Source: Mustelus asterias
Lineage: Eukaryota
NCBI RefSeq assembly: GCF_964213995.1
Contig: NW_027590119.1
Coordinates: 682,001 to 746,000, forward strand
Direction of reading: 5' to 3'
DNA: 64,000 nucleotides
The notes under the pieces were generated by a model that ran no database searches, had not been told where the DNA came from, and saw nothing but the letters and a program-made list of their open reading frames with translations. Below, piece after piece: positions 62,306 through 64,000 of the stretch (its first letter is position 1; the number at the start of each line of letters is the position of its first letter). The position numbers and the translations under genes are program-made.

Positions 62306-62457
62306 ATCAATGTCTTTAAGAGAGAGAGAGAGAGACCTGGGCCAATCTTCACAGAGTCTGCACCCTCCCTGGATTCACTTCTTTTCCCTTCAGTTGCTGC
62401 AAGTCCCCAATTTCCCCCAGAATGAGAAAAGAAAGTGTTTTACTCACAGATGTTGGC

Positions 62458-64000
62458 CTCTTTTAGGTCAAAACAAATAAACAAACTCAAGTTAAATCAG
62501 GACAAAGTAAAAGGGGCAGCTCCCCAAAAGGAGGGGGAACAGCCCGAACAAAATCAAAGTACAAAGGAAACTTAAAAACATCAAATTAAAATGTGATTAT
62601 TAGGGTCAATAACGCACCCCAACCCCTGCGGTGCCCAATGGGCACGGAAGGCGTCGACCGCGCCCGTGGACACCGCATGCTCCCTCTCCAGGGACACCCG
62701 GCCGCGAACGTAGCCGAGGTAGAGGGGCAGACAGTCAGGATGGATGGCCCCCTCGATCGCCCGCTGCCTGGACCGGTAAATGGCGCGTTTCGCCAGGCCC
62801 AGGAGCAGGTTCACGAGGAGGTCGCCATCCCGACCCCAACAAAAAGAGAGTGCAACCTAAGACACCAAACATAGACATGGTCCACGGACTTCACAAGGCC
62901 ACAGAAGGGGCAAGCTTCATAGCCCGTGAACCAGTGAATCCTACGGTTGTGCGGAACTGCTGCATGCATCACCCTTCACCCCAGGTCCCCGATGTAATTG
63001 GGGCAATCTCTCCATAGAGGGACCTCTACGGAAACAAGGCCCGCCAAGGTGTATCCGGGCGACAGGCGATAGTGGAAGGTGTGCAGCAGCAGCCCGCACA
63101 GGAAACGCCTCCGCGCGGTAGAAAAAGGCACGGAGGACATTTCCGCGAGGCGGCTCAGGCTGTGGGGCACCTGACCCGAGGAGGAGGGTTGAAGTTTTGG
63201 GCCAATGTGGAATTCCGTCCGAACAGGGGAACGCTCGGGCGGGATCCCACCGCACGCCTGCGCCGCCTCAAGTTTGCATGCACTTTTGGGGCCGAGCACG
63301 ACCGTCCTAAGGTCTAGGATGGCTTTGGCCGCGTGCCGGACGGACGTCCCCGCGCGCTCAGCCAGCACGTGGGGGCTCATCCAGCCCGCCCCTCCGCCAT
63401 CGAGCACGTCCCCGATTCTGGTCACCCCGGCGTCCACAGCCCCCCTCTCCGCCAGCCACCTGAAGTTATACGGCTGGAGGAGCGGATTCCTGAGCAGCGG
63501 CTCTCGCACGAGAGCTGCTACTCCTGACGGGGGGGGAGCTGCGTCGTGAGGCGACCGTGTTCCAGACAGTGAGGAGGTCCTTGTAAAAGACGGGCAACTC
63601 CTGCAGGGCGGTCGAAGCACACCCCAGTTCGATATGCAGGAGCTGCACGTCATAATTGAGGCCGTGCCACTGGCGGAAGAAATACGTCGCCATGGCACAC
63701 CATTGTGGAGGGGGCTCAACGTAAAGGTACCTCTGCAGGGCCTGGAGGCGGGAGGTCGCTATCTGAGTGCGGAGGCACACCAGACCTTGTCCGCCCCCCT
63801 CAAGCGGGAGATGCAGAACCGCAGCAGGGACCCAGTGCAGTCGATTGCCCCAGAAGAACCGCAGGAGGGTTCTCTGGATATCGGCGACAAAGCCAGGGGG
63901 AGGGGTCAAAGGGACCAGCCGGTACCACAGCATGGAGGCGACCAGCTGGTTTATGACGAGAACCCGTGCCTGTGAATGGTCACAAACACTCACCTCTGAA
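62458..64000 (-). mobile_element. Tx1-clade LINE ORF2 3' part (frameshifted) plus 3'UTR
   Basis: RVLVINQLVASMLWYRL...FFWGNRLHWV...LPLEGGGQGL...LQALQRYL; NLLLGLAKRAIYRSR; T-rich 3'UTR. Confidence 0.85.

Overview
Vertebrate genomic DNA, almost certainly from a cartilaginous fish (shark), judged from the cluster-type IgH organisation and the repeat families. Left half (about 4.9-26.3 kb, + strand): one complete, germline-configured, apparently intact IgM heavy-chain cluster: leader, VH, D1, D2, JH (RSS 23 / 12-22 / 12-12 / 23), an 11.9-kb J-C intron, Cmu1-Cmu4 with secretory tailpiece, TM1 and TM2. Right half (about 30-64 kb): KRAB-less C2H2 zinc-finger genes and pseudogenes mixed with a Pol III gene cluster (about a dozen tRNA genes/pseudogenes and a full-length 7SL RNA), two minisatellites, and many CR1, Rex1-like, Tx1 and Penelope retroelements and V-SINEs. 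The best leads are: (1) a G-rich tandem repeat dense in AID hotspots about 1 kb upstream of Cmu1, where tetrapod Smu sits; (2) an octamer/E-box/Runx/CTCF motif cluster 3' of TM2 that could be a 3' IgH enhancer or boundary; (3) an intact minimal hammerhead ribozyme in a Penelope-derived repeat; (4) an intron-containing tRNA-Pro-type gene with a TAG anticodon; (5) a TM1 read-through that gives a KVR tail next to the spliced KIK tail. The functional readings are hypotheses. Repeat boundaries are approximate and family names come from pattern recognition, not database searches.
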